DNA from: a virus | Length of the DNA: 53,275 bases | UHGV virus genome: UHGV-0205694 | Direction: 5' to 3' (one strand) | Shown: positions 8,149 to 16,938 of the stretch, one piece after another | Layout: every line of letters begins with the position of its first letter | How positions within the stretch are numbered: the first letter of the stretch is position 1 | The notes under the pieces: model-generated | Told to the model about the DNA's origin: nothing | What the model saw: only the letters and a program-made list of their open reading frames with translations | Database searches by the model: none | Program-made: the position numbers and the translations under genes

Positions 8149-8382
8149 ATGAGAATCGAAGTAACCATCGACAAAGCTAAAAAACTGCCTACCGGTGCTG
8201 AACCAGCGTTAGAGGCCGAATTCCTGCGGCGATTAAATCAAAAATATGATGATTGCAAATTATCTATTCGTCGCGCGGGTGCTGATGGACTCAGTGTTTT
8301 CGGTGGCATAGATGGCGATAAAGAAACCATTGCAGAAATTCTACAGGAGACCTGGGAAAGCGCCGACGACTGGTTTTATTGA
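8149..8382 (+). CDS. dinI: DinI-family protein
   Basis: MRIEVTIDKAKKLPTGA...LSVFGG...ETIAEILQETWESADDWFY matches E. coli DinI; LexA box upstream. Confidence 0.8.
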   Translation: MRIEVTIDKAKKLPTGAEPALEAEFLRRLNQKYDDCKLSIRRAGADGLSVFGGIDGDKETIAEILQETWESADDWFY

Positions 8383-8437
8383 GTATTTTTATTGGCGGCG
8401 GCCTTTCTCCCAGAGCATCGCATTTGCGTTACCCTTG

Positions 8438-8737
8438 ATGCTGCCGCCCGTTTTCATGAGTGCGTCAGTGTGTCGCTCAGGGGGTAATGTGACTGATGGT
8501 ATTGAGGTTCCTACTAATCATTCCTGGTACGATGTTGTCAGGAGATCGGATGGCGCCATTATTTGTAGCTTCCCGGCCGAAGGAAGGCATCTGATTTACA
8601 GGGCTAATGGCATAATTTCAATGCGTCCATTATTGCCCGATGAAGAAATATTTACTCTAAACGGATTTATGAAGTTTGCTGAACGACTCGGCTACCGAGT
8701 TTTTCCACCTTCTGATAATATGAAATCAACGGCCTGA
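8438..8737 (+). CDS. hypothetical protein (start uncertain)
   Basis: ORF downstream of dinI; the longest version overlaps dinI, so an internal Met was chosen. Confidence 0.3.
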   Translation: MLPPVFMSASVCRSGGNVTDGIEVPTNHSWYDVVRRSDGAIICSFPAEGRHLIYRANGIISMRPLLPDEEIFTLNGFMKFAERLGYRVFPPSDNMKSTA

Positions 8738-8772
8738 ACAACCGTTAACCTACTGCGCCACGGAGAGAAACC

Positions 8773-9372
8773 ATGGCGCAACAATTACACCTGATAAAAC
8801 AGTCTCAAGGTATCCTGATCCCTGCAACGCAGGAGACCAGCGATTTTCTGCAATCAAAATGTAAGCTCGGCGCCGTTCTGGAAGCCGACTATAAGCTTGT
8901 CCGCAATCCGGCGTTTCATCGCCGCTACTTTGCTTTACTCAATCTCGGCTTTGACTACTGGGAACCTACCGGCGGAGCGATCTCATCCAATGAGCGCAAG
9001 CTTGTGTATGGCTACGCCAGTTTTCTAGCCGCCTATGGCGGTAACGAATCAGCCCTGCTTGATGCCGCAGAACAATACCTCGATCGCGTAGCCGAGAAAC
9101 GTGCCGGTAGTATCAGTATTTGCAAATCTTTTGACGCCTACCGGGCGTGGGTCATTGTCGAAGCTGGTCACTATGACGCCATAAAGCTGCCGGATGGCAC
9201 GCTGAAAAAACACCCCCGCAGCATTTCTTTCGCCAGCATGGACGAATGCGAATTTCAGGAACTGTACAAAGCATCGCTCGATGTTCTCTGGCGGTGGATC
9301 CTCTCTCGCTCGTTCAACAGCCCGCTGGAAGTCGAGAACGCCGCAAACCAGCTTTTAAGCTTCGCGGGGTGA
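8773..9372 (+). CDS. hypothetical nin-region phage protein (199 aa)
   Basis: Well-formed ORF with a Shine-Dalgarno; position in the nin region. Confidence 0.5.
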   Translation: MAQQLHLIKQSQGILIPATQETSDFLQSKCKLGAVLEADYKLVRNPAFHRRYFALLNLGFDYWEPTGGAISSNERKLVYGYASFLAAYGGNESALLDAAEQYLDRVAEKRAGSISICKSFDAYRAWVIVEAGHYDAIKLPDGTLKKHPRSISFASMDECEFQELYKASLDVLWRWILSRSFNSPLEVENAANQLLSFAG

Positions 9373-9376
9373 GCCG

Positions 9377-9577
9377 ATGAAATATTCATGGTTTCACCAT
9401 CACGACTGCACAACTCAGCAGGCTGATGAGCTGATGGCGAAATATCGCCAGCGGGGCGTAAGGGTCGAGCGCAGTCTGAATCAGGATTTAATCACCTGGA
9501 CCGTCAGTGCGCAGCTGGTGGAGGACCAGAATCCACCGCGGCCCACTTCCCGCTCGCGTAACCGGATGTGGGAGTGA
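9377..9577 (+). CDS. small hypothetical nin-region protein (66 aa)
   Basis: Coupled to neighbours; position only. Confidence 0.4.
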   Translation: MKYSWFHHHDCTTQQADELMAKYRQRGVRVERSLNQDLITWTVSAQLVEDQNPPRPTSRSRNRMWE

Positions 9578-9579
9578 TT

Positions 9580-9999
9580 ATGGCCAGAAAAGAAAAATGC
9601 CTCTTCTGCGGTAAACCCGCAACTTTATATTGTGATGGGATCCTCGGCTGGGATGCTGATGAGGATGAAAATCATCACCTTTCCAATGCCCGGGGAATTT
9701 TTACCTGCGACGCGCCAATGTGTGCGGAGTGTGGAACCTGGCACGGCAATATCTTTTTTTCAGGTAAAGCGGGTGGAATGGAAACCCGCGATTACTGTCC
9801 ACTTTGTCAGGCGCTGCACGTAAGCGGTGACGTGATCCGTGAAGACCCGCATCGAAAAGGTAAGGCTATTCGTGAACCGGTTCTACAGGCAGAGCAGGCG
9901 GCAATCATCCGAAAGGCGCACTGGAACAGTTATCTGAATGAGCATCGCCGGGAACTGAACGCAATTCAGGGAGGTGGACAACAATGCCTGCCATTCTGA
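9580..9999 (+). CDS. Cys-rich zinc-ribbon nin-region protein
   Basis: CLFCGK...C..MCAEC...CPLC cysteine pairs. Confidence 0.45.
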   Translation: MARKEKCLFCGKPATLYCDGILGWDADEDENHHLSNARGIFTCDAPMCAECGTWHGNIFFSGKAGGMETRDYCPLCQALHVSGDVIREDPHRKGKAIREPVLQAEQAAIIRKAHWNSYLNEHRRELNAIQGGGQQCLPF

Positions 10000-10595
10000 A
10001 AAAGAAACCACGCCGTAAATGTACCGTGTGCCGGGAATGGTTCAATCCAGCCCGTGACGGTCAATTTGTCTGTTCATTCGAATGTGCCAGCGCCCACGGC
10101 AAAGCCGCGAACGATGCCGCTAAGGCCGCCGCTCAGTTGAAAGTCAAACAACAGCAGAAGAAGGCAGCTAAGAGCGAACGCAAGCGCCAGGCAGAACGTC
10201 GAATGGCTGTGAAGCCGATTAGCTACTTCATCAAGCAGGCTCAGCAGGCATTTAATGATTTCATCCGGTACCGGGATCGGCATCTGGTGTGCATCAGCTG
10301 CGATCGCCACCATGACGGCCAGTATCACGCGGGGCACTTCCGCACAACCGGGGCCAACCCTGAACTGCGCTTCGATGAGGATAACTGCCATAAACAGTGC
10401 TCCGTTTGCAATAACCACTTGTCCGGAAACCTCACCGCATATCGACCGGCGCTGATCGCAAAAATCGGCCAGGCGCGTTTTGACGTCCTGATGGGCCCAC
10501 ACGCATTACCCAAATGGAGCAGAGATGACTATATCCGGATCCGAGACGAATACCGGACGAAACTCCGCGACCTAAAAAAGCAGGAGGTCGAGTGA
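9984..10595 (+). CDS. ninG: NinG / Rap-like recombination endonuclease
   Basis: Close match to lambda NinG (C.V/EC.EWF.P...SYWIKQAQQA.N.FIR.RDR.L.CISC...HAGH.RT....P.LRF.E.N.HKQC..CN.H.SGNL). Confidence 0.8.
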   Translation: MPAILKKKPRRKCTVCREWFNPARDGQFVCSFECASAHGKAANDAAKAAAQLKVKQQQKKAAKSERKRQAERRMAVKPISYFIKQAQQAFNDFIRYRDRHLVCISCDRHHDGQYHAGHFRTTGANPELRFDEDNCHKQCSVCNNHLSGNLTAYRPALIAKIGQARFDVLMGPHALPKWSRDDYIRIRDEYRTKLRDLKKQEVE

Positions 10596-10707
10596 ATTCT
10601 GAATTTATCCGGTACCAGGCAGAAAGCGTTAAGCGTGCCAACATGCCGCCAGTAGCAAAGCACAACCTGAACCAGACCAAAACCAAACAGCCAAAGAGGG
10701 CCGCAGC

Positions 10708-11529
10708 GTGAATCTTGAAAACACAGTGAAATACCACTTCGCAAAATCCACGCTGATTAGCGATTCTCCGCGTGCTACCGCCTCTGATTCACTGACCGGT
10801 ACCGACATCATGGCAGCAATGGGCATGACGCAGGAACGTGCCGCGATGGGATATAGCGCATTCCTGGGCAAGATGGGCATAAGCAACAATGACCGGGAGC
10901 GGGCTATCGGACTATTGGCTGAGTACGCGCTCACAAAATGCGATAAGGTTGCCGCGTTGCGAAAGCTCTCGCCAAACGTAAAACCCCGGGTTATACGGAT
11001 CCTCGCAGAGTACGCCTTTGAGGATTACTCCCGCAGTGCTTCCAGTAAAAAAACATGCGACTGCTGCCATGGGGCTGGATTCATCGATGCAGAGATATTC
11101 ACCAACAAAGTAACGTATCCGGACGGCAAGCCGCCAAAGTGGGTCAAAGTTACAAAGGGGATCTATCCATCATACTGGGAGGAGATGAAGTCGGTCCGGG
11201 AGCAGGTCCGGGTGCTTTGCCAAAAGTGCAAGGGGAAAGGGACTGTAAGCGCCGCCTGTAATGATTGCCATGGTCGAGGGAAGGTAGTGAACCAGAAAGA
11301 GACGGAGAAGCAGGGAGTGCCTGTTATGGGTAATTGCAAACGCTGTGGTGGTCGGGGGTATGAGCGAATCCTCTCCACTGCTGTGCACAATGCCATTTGC
11401 CAGATAACGGACGACATCACTCTGGATACCTGGAAGAAATCGGTTAAACCGTTCTTCGACGTATTGATCACTAAATTCGATATAGAGGAGGCGTGGGCAG
11501 AGGCACAACTCAAACAAATAACGCGCTGA
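10708..11529 (+). CDS. Q: late antiterminator Q (Gifsy/82-type family with four CxxCxGxG zinc-finger repeats)
   Basis: MNLENTVKYHFAKS... N-terminus and CxxC repeats as in enterobacterial prophage Q proteins; last gene before tR' and the late region. Confidence 0.75.
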   Translation: MNLENTVKYHFAKSTLISDSPRATASDSLTGTDIMAAMGMTQERAAMGYSAFLGKMGISNNDRERAIGLLAEYALTKCDKVAALRKLSPNVKPRVIRILAEYAFEDYSRSASSKKTCDCCHGAGFIDAEIFTNKVTYPDGKPPKWVKVTKGIYPSYWEEMKSVREQVRVLCQKCKGKGTVSAACNDCHGRGKVVNQKETEKQGVPVMGNCKRCGGRGYERILSTAVHNAICQITDDITLDTWKKSVKPFFDVLITKFDIEEAWAEAQLKQITR

Positions 11530-11611
11530 GATATTTACTTTTCCCGAATTTGTGTTAATTTGTTCTAACGATGGGCATTGTATGTTCACCGTTCAAGTAA
11601 AATTTCAAGAA

Positions 11612-11637
11612 CCTCGCCTCGGCGGGGTTTTTTCACA
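11612..11637 (+). terminator. tR'-like intrinsic terminator downstream of Q (the PR'/qut region lies at ~11530-11611)
   Basis: CCTCGCC-TC-GGCGGGG hairpin followed by TTTTTTC. Confidence 0.65.
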
Positions 11638-11802
11638 TCTGGACCTTTGTATTTTAACTCTCGCCAACACGCTTTAATGAAATGGGCGACCGTTGATAGC
11701 TTGGACCCTATCAGCGGCCATCTACCCCATGCAGAAGGTCATGAAGTAAACCAAGGCCCACCACGCTAGCTAGCCTGGTGATACTAATGGAATACTGTAT
11801 AA

Positions 11803-12837
11803 ATGACCAGTAATTTAGCATCTGTAACTTATGGTTCTGTTTGTTCTGGAATTGAAGCTGCATCAGTCGCTTGGGAGTCACTCAACTGGAAAGCTGAGTG
11901 GTTCGCAGAGATCGAAAAATTCCCCAGCGCTGTATTGCAGCATCACTGGCCCAACATTCCCAACCTTGGCGATATGACCCGGATTGCAGGGCGTATCCGT
12001 GAAGGGACAATAACAGCACCGGCAGTTCTTGTGGGAGGAACACCTTGCCAGGCATTCAGTGTTGCAGGAAAACGAAAAGGGCTAGATGACGAGCGCGGGA
12101 AGCTTACCTTATCTTTCGTTGAATTAGCAGATCAGATCGACAATACCCGCATTGCATCAGGAAAAGAGCCAGCAATCATTCTTTGGGAAAATGTAACAGG
12201 GGTACTAAATAGCCATGACAATGCATTCGGTTGCTTTCTCGGTGCGCTGGCCGGGGAAGGTTGCGCACTACAGCCAGCAGGGAAAAAATGGGCAAACGCT
12301 GGTGTTGTCTCTGGACCATCGCGAACTGTTGCCTGGCGAGTGCTCAACGCCGAATTTTTCGGAGTGCCCCAGTCACGTAAACGTGTCTTCGTTATGGCAA
12401 GTGCTCGACGTGAATTTGACCCCGGAATGGTTTTATTTGAATTCCCGACTTTGCCTCCGCGCACTGCGAAATATTACGGAGCACAGAAAAAAACCGGCAC
12501 CAGAGCTTATACAGGCATTGAGAGAGAATTCCATCGATATTGCCTGAGGGCAATCCCTGAGACGGCGGGAACTTTACTCGCGAGCTATAACGGAACGTCA
12601 AACCAGGATATGCGAATGCGTGGTGGCTTGATTGTAGAAGTTACCCCCTCCCTTAGAGTTCGCCGGCTCACCCCATCGGAATGTGAACGACTACAGGGCT
12701 TTCCTGTAGGACACACGAATATTCCTTGGCGCTCAAACTCCCCTTTGCCTCGTTACAAAGCTCTCGGCAACTCAATGCCAGTGCCAGTAATGAAATGGTT
12801 AGGAGAGAGAATACAAAATGCTATTTCTTCAACTTAA
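11803..12837 (+). CDS. DNA (cytosine-5) methyltransferase, orphan
   Basis: Motifs: I (VCSGIEAA), IV (TPCQAFSVAG), VI (ILWENV), VIII (QSRKRVF), X (LGNSMPVPV). Confidence 0.85.
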   Translation: MTSNLASVTYGSVCSGIEAASVAWESLNWKAEWFAEIEKFPSAVLQHHWPNIPNLGDMTRIAGRIREGTITAPAVLVGGTPCQAFSVAGKRKGLDDERGKLTLSFVELADQIDNTRIASGKEPAIILWENVTGVLNSHDNAFGCFLGALAGEGCALQPAGKKWANAGVVSGPSRTVAWRVLNAEFFGVPQSRKRVFVMASARREFDPGMVLFEFPTLPPRTAKYYGAQKKTGTRAYTGIEREFHRYCLRAIPETAGTLLASYNGTSNQDMRMRGGLIVEVTPSLRVRRLTPSECERLQGFPVGHTNIPWRSNSPLPRYKALGNSMPVPVMKWLGERIQNAISST

Positions 12838-12976
12838 GGCTGCCATCGGGCGGCCTTTTTAAATTTCAGGCTCACGGGAATCATCTACGAGGTGCTCTGT
12901 TGATAAATCCAGCCCGTGAAGTCTGATTCTCTTTCCCCTCAACTTTGAGAGGATTCACAGCAATTGAGGGGGCTAA

Positions 12977-13372
12977 ATGTCCGATCCTGTTTCTGCCACA
13001 ACGATAGCGGCTGGTGGTCTGTTCGGCGCCAGTCTATTCGGCCTGGCAACTGGCATTGATTACGGCGTGGTGTTTGGTGCGTTTGCTGGTGCGGTGTTCT
13101 ATGTCGCAACGGCGGTTAATATTAGCCGCATTAAGCTGGTTGGCTACTTCATCACTTCATTCATATTCGGTGTGATTGGTGCTCCTCTGCTGGGGTCGTA
13201 CTTCTCAAAGTGGACAGGTTACAACGACAGGCCGCTTGATGCACTCGGAGCGGTAATCGTGGCAGCCATAGCCATTAAGTTGCTGACGTTCGTCAACAGT
13301 CAGGACCTGGGTAGCCTGTTTGGGATTCTCTCTCGCTTACGTGGAGGAGGGACAAGCAATGGTAACAAGTGA
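12977..13372 (+). CDS. holin-like membrane protein (131 aa, multiple TMDs)
   Basis: Hydrophobic segments; sits immediately upstream of the endolysin. Confidence 0.5.
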   Translation: MSDPVSATTIAAGGLFGASLFGLATGIDYGVVFGAFAGAVFYVATAVNISRIKLVGYFITSFIFGVIGAPLLGSYFSKWTGYNDRPLDALGAVIVAAIAIKLLTFVNSQDLGSLFGILSRLRGGGTSNGNK

Positions 13373-13640
13373 TCCGAGCGCAATCATTAATGCGGTGATA
13401 TGCGCTGTAATTGTTGTTGCGTTGATGTTCTACCGGCGCGACGGGTCAAGACACCGCCCCATGATATCGCTGATGGCTTACTTCACTGTGCTGGTTTACG
13501 CCAGCATCCCTTTTCGTTTCCTGTTTGGCCTGTACGAGTCATCACACTGGCTGGTTGTGCTGGCTAACATTCTTATCTGCGGCGCGGTTCTCTGGTTCAG
13601 GGGGAATGTAGCGCGTCTGGTTGATGCACTGAGGCACTGA
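13359..13640 (+). CDS. second holin/antiholin-like membrane protein (93 aa)
   Basis: GGAGGAGGG Shine-Dalgarno before ATG 13359; three hydrophobic segments. Confidence 0.4.
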   Translation: MVTSDPSAIINAVICAVIVVALMFYRRDGSRHRPMISLMAYFTVLVYASIPFRFLFGLYESSHWLVVLANILICGAVLWFRGNVARLVDALRH

Positions 13641-14269
13641 TGAACCAATCACAATTTCAACGGGCGGCTGGTATTAGCGCCGGGTTAGCTGCGCGCTGGT
13701 TTCCGCATATTGATGCTGCGATGAAAGAATTCGGCATTACTGCCCCACTCGATCAGGCGATGTTCATTGCGCAGATGGGGCATGAGTCCGGCGGTTATAC
13801 AACTCTGGTGGAAAGCCTGAATTATGCCGCCGACAGAATTGTGCCTACGTTCGGTAAACACCGCATCACCGCCCAGCAGGCCGCCGCACTTGGCAGAACG
13901 GCAACAAAACCAGCGAATCAGCGAGCTATCGCTAACCTGGTGTATGGGGGCGAGTGGGGTAAAAAGAACCTCGGAAATCAGGTTGCCGGTGATGGCTGGA
14001 AATATCGCGGTCGCGGCCTGAAACAAGTTACGGGCTTGAGCAACTATCGCAGCTGCGGACAAGCGCTGAAACTTGACCTTGTCACCCAGCCTGAGCTGCT
14101 GGAGCGAGATGACTACGCCGCACGTTCAGCCGCATGGTTTTATGTCTCCCACGGTTGCCTTCTTCATTCCGGTGATGTTGAGCGCGTCACCCTGCTTATT
14201 AACGGTGGCCGCAACGGTCTGGATAAACGCCGAGCGCTGTTTAACCTGGCTAAATCAGTACTGGTGTGA
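13640..14269 (+). CDS. endolysin, glycoside hydrolase family 19 (chitinase-like lysozyme)
   Basis: FIAQMGHESGGYTTLVESLNY plus GRGLKQVTG and NY...A motifs typical of GH19 phage endolysins. Confidence 0.8.
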   Translation: MNQSQFQRAAGISAGLAARWFPHIDAAMKEFGITAPLDQAMFIAQMGHESGGYTTLVESLNYAADRIVPTFGKHRITAQQAAALGRTATKPANQRAIANLVYGGEWGKKNLGNQVAGDGWKYRGRGLKQVTGLSNYRSCGQALKLDLVTQPELLERDDYAARSAAWFYVSHGCLLHSGDVERVTLLINGGRNGLDKRRALFNLAKSVLV

Positions 14270-14276
14270 GGTAGCT

Positions 14277-14552
14277 ATGGGCATTGAAATGGTTATTGGT
14301 CTGGCAACTGCGTTGCTGGCCGTTATCGCTGGCGCATTTGGGTTAGGCCATGCGCGTGGGACCAACAAGGCGGAAGCCAAAGCCGAGCAGCAGCGAACCG
14401 AAGAGAACGCCGCTGCCAGCGTCGCAGCGGCGGAACGGAAAGAGGAAGCCACCAGAGAGGCCAGCAATGTACAGCAGACTGTTAGCCATATGCCTGATGA
14501 CGATGTTGATCGGGAGCTGCGCGAAAAGTTTACCCGCCCCGGTGGTGGTTGA
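14277..14552 (+). CDS. Rz-like inner-membrane spanin
   Basis: N-terminal TMD, charged Ala/Glu-rich coiled-coil region; GAGG Shine-Dalgarno. Confidence 0.65.
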   Translation: MGIEMVIGLATALLAVIAGAFGLGHARGTNKAEAKAEQQRTEENAAASVAAAERKEEATREASNVQQTVSHMPDDDVDRELREKFTRPGGG

Positions 14553-14697
14553 TACCGCATGTAGTTGGGTGCGGATCATCTATCTGACTGATCACGATAT
14601 TGACGTTCTCGACCGTCAGACCAAGCGCGACATTCTGGCGCACAACAAATCAGTGCTGGCGAACTGCCCGCAATCAACCGAAAAGGCTATGAAATGA
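14467..14697 (+). CDS. Rz1-like outer-membrane lipoprotein spanin, embedded in the +1 frame of Rz
   Basis: MYSRLLAICLMTMLIGSC lipobox (IGSC); nested within and extending beyond the Rz gene. Confidence 0.65.
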   Translation: MYSRLLAICLMTMLIGSCAKSLPAPVVVDTACSWVRIIYLTDHDIDVLDRQTKRDILAHNKSVLANCPQSTEKAMK

Positions 14698-14987
14698 GTG
14701 AAGCTAAACCGCAGGACGGCAGCACCGTAAAGGGCTGCCGCACATTAACCACGGGCGACATTGAGCGTATGAACCGCCTTAAAGGCGTCAGCCGCCATTT
14801 CTGTAGTTTGCTTGATACCGAGCGAGGTGAATTGTTGGCTGTCCGTAATGGCCCGGCAATGTTAAGCGCTGAGCAGGCTCGGGAGATTGATGAAGCTATG
14901 CGCAGCCTGTCTATCGCGCGCACCAAAATGCAGGAAGCGTGTATGTGGGCATGCCGTGCAGTTGCCCGGCCTGATGCAGATTGCTAA
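14694..14987 (+). CDS. hypothetical protein (97 aa)
   Basis: ATGA overlap with Rz1. Confidence 0.4.
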   Translation: MSEAKPQDGSTVKGCRTLTTGDIERMNRLKGVSRHFCSLLDTERGELLAVRNGPAMLSAEQAREIDEAMRSLSIARTKMQEACMWACRAVARPDADC

Positions 14988-15069
14988 TGCATTACAGAAG
15001 CTATTCACAGTGAGTGGCTTCGATAATGTAACGTTTACCGCTTTATGATACCTTTTCAACATCAATTTT

Positions 15070-15465
15070 ATGGTCAAGTTAGGGGCGGTGATGGGGGAGT
15101 ATTTTAGAATTACGATTCAGGTACTTTTCGATATGTTAATAACATATCGTTCAGCCCAGAGACAAATGGCTTTGGATAAGGTAAACGCTTTAAACAAGGT
15201 GTTGATTGATAATAAAATATACCTTACTGAGTGTAGTAATGGTAAGGGCAGATGTGCTTCAACTGAGCGAAGCTTATCTACTGAGTGGAGTAGGGTAGGC
15301 GATTTAATCCAAAATGACTCACCAGATCTTGCAGCGTTCTGTCGTAATAAGTCAGATTATTGGATTGATCCTGAAGGCCATTCTCGTGAAAAAGTTGAAC
15401 AACTCGGCATAACAATCAAGATGCTGGAAAGGCAGATAGAAAAATTAAAAGCCACCATGCTTTAA
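15070..15465 (+). CDS. hypothetical low-GC moron protein (131 aa)
   Basis: AT-rich ORF with a terminator-like hairpin downstream. Confidence 0.35.
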   Translation: MVKLGAVMGEYFRITIQVLFDMLITYRSAQRQMALDKVNALNKVLIDNKIYLTECSNGKGRCASTERSLSTEWSRVGDLIQNDSPDLAAFCRNKSDYWIDPEGHSREKVEQLGITIKMLERQIEKLKATML

Positions 15466-15523
15466 GTGGTTCTCTACACTAAATTGAAGCTGCCTTCAGG
15501 CGTTTTTAAAACCATCACAAAGA

Positions 15524-15546
15524 CCACCTACGGGTGGCTTTTTTAA
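15524..15546. terminator. weak bidirectional terminator hairpin
   Basis: CCACC-TACG-GGTGG stem followed by CTTTTTTAA; sits between convergent genes. Confidence 0.35.
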
Positions 15547-15551
15547 TGGTT

Positions 15552-15887
15552 TCAACTACAGACCAGATGCATGCATGGGCATGTCTCCACTCTTGCCAGC
15601 CCAGTAACCGATTTCGCTTCTCTCTCAGCCAATTCTAAGGTAGCTGCGCAAAGCTTCTGGTATCTACCGGTTGTGAAGCCTTTCTTTTCTGTCAGTCCAA
15701 GTAGCGGGTTGATGCTTTTGCAATTAGCCCGATGAATCCTGGTAAAGCGTTCATCACTCTTGCTTGCCTTACCGCTGGCGGTTTTTAAGGTGTTGACGAC
15801 ATATCCATCAGGATTATCGCTAAGCCAATGACGATACGCAGATTCACTATCCGGTTGAAGTTCGCTTCTGAATACCTTTACGCCCAT
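15552..15887 (-). CDS. hypothetical protein transcribed against the late operon (111 aa)
   Basis: Clean minus-strand ORF in a gap between plus-strand genes. Confidence 0.35.
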   Translation of the reverse strand: MGVKVFRSELQPDSESAYRHWLSDNPDGYVVNTLKTASGKASKSDERFTRIHRANCKSINPLLGLTEKKGFTTGRYQKLCAATLELAEREAKSVTGLARVETCPCMHLVCS

Positions 15888-15933
15888 ACGATATCTCCGT
15901 GTTGTTTTTAATGAATTATAACAGGATTAACCC

Positions 15934-16938
15934 ATGGCAAAACCGGACTGGGGCGAGCTTCAGCAACGGTTCCTGTCCGAACATGCCGCAACCGGCGTAT
16001 CACCGAAGGACTGGTGTGAAGCGCAGGGACTGAATTACGCTACTGCCCGCCGATACATCAAGAAACCCACTGCGCAAACTGCGCAAAAACCTGCGCAGAA
16101 GAAATTGCGCACTGCGCAAAAGGAAAAGTGCGCAGAAGAGCTGGTGGACGATGACGGCCTTACTGCCCAGCAGCGTTTATTTGTCGCAGAATACCTGAAG
16201 GACAACAACGCCACGCAGGCCGCTATCCGTGCCGGGTACAGCAAGAAGACAGCGAATGAGCAGGGAGCAAGGCTGTTAGCAAAAGTTAGTATTGCGCAGG
16301 CCATTGCGCAGCAGCAGAAAGCATCAATTGTGCGCACGCTTGGCAGCGCTGATGAAGTGCTTGAGCAGATGTGGCGCCTGGCCACCTTCGACGCCAACCA
16401 GCTATCACAGTATCGCCGCGGGAGTTGCCGTTATTGTTGGGGCTTCGGTCACCAGTATCAATGGCGTGATGCCGTGGAGTACGAAGAGAAGCGGCTCGAA
16501 GCGCTTGAGCGTAAACGTCGCGAGCCTTTGGATGATGGCGGCTATGGCTACAACCATAAGCGCGAGCCTAACCCTCATTGCCCCCGGTGTAATGGTGATG
16601 GTATCGGGCAACCCTTCTTTGCCGATACCACGAAGTTGCCATCTGATGCCGCCCGGGCTTATTCCGGAGTGAAGCTTGGTAAGAATGGCGTTGAGATAAC
16701 CGCAATCAGCCGTGAGCGCATGTACGAGGCGGTGATGAAACGTCTCGGCCTGGCTGACAGTGAGTTTGCCCAGCGCCTGCAGCAGATAGAAATTGAGCGA
16801 CGGCAGCTGGAGATCGACAAACTTCGCAAAGAACTGGCCACTGACCCGGAGGATGACGAACCAACGCCAGTTGCAATCAATATCAACGTAGTCGATGCGC
16901 GAGTGAGGGAAGAGGATGGCGATAGCTCCGACGCTTAA
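15934..16938 (+). CDS. terminase small subunit (P27/Terminase_2 family) with extended C-terminal region
   Basis: LTAQQRLFVAEYLKDNNATQAAIRAGYSKKTANEQGARLL hallmark motif. Confidence 0.75.
   Translation: MAKPDWGELQQRFLSEHAATGVSPKDWCEAQGLNYATARRYIKKPTAQTAQKPAQKKLRTAQKEKCAEELVDDDGLTAQQRLFVAEYLKDNNATQAAIRAGYSKKTANEQGARLLAKVSIAQAIAQQQKASIVRTLGSADEVLEQMWRLATFDANQLSQYRRGSCRYCWGFGHQYQWRDAVEYEEKRLEALERKRREPLDDGGYGYNHKREPNPHCPRCNGDGIGQPFFADTTKLPSDAARAYSGVKLGKNGVEITAISRERMYEAVMKRLGLADSEFAQRLQQIEIERRQLEIDKLRKELATDPEDDEPTPVAININVVDARVREEDGDSSDA
16071..16134 (+). repeat. array of six TGCGCA hexamers within 64 bp at the 5' end of terS (candidate pac/TerS recognition site)
   Basis: TGCGCA at 16071, 16080, 16092, 16106, 16113 and 16129. 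Confidence 0.6.
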
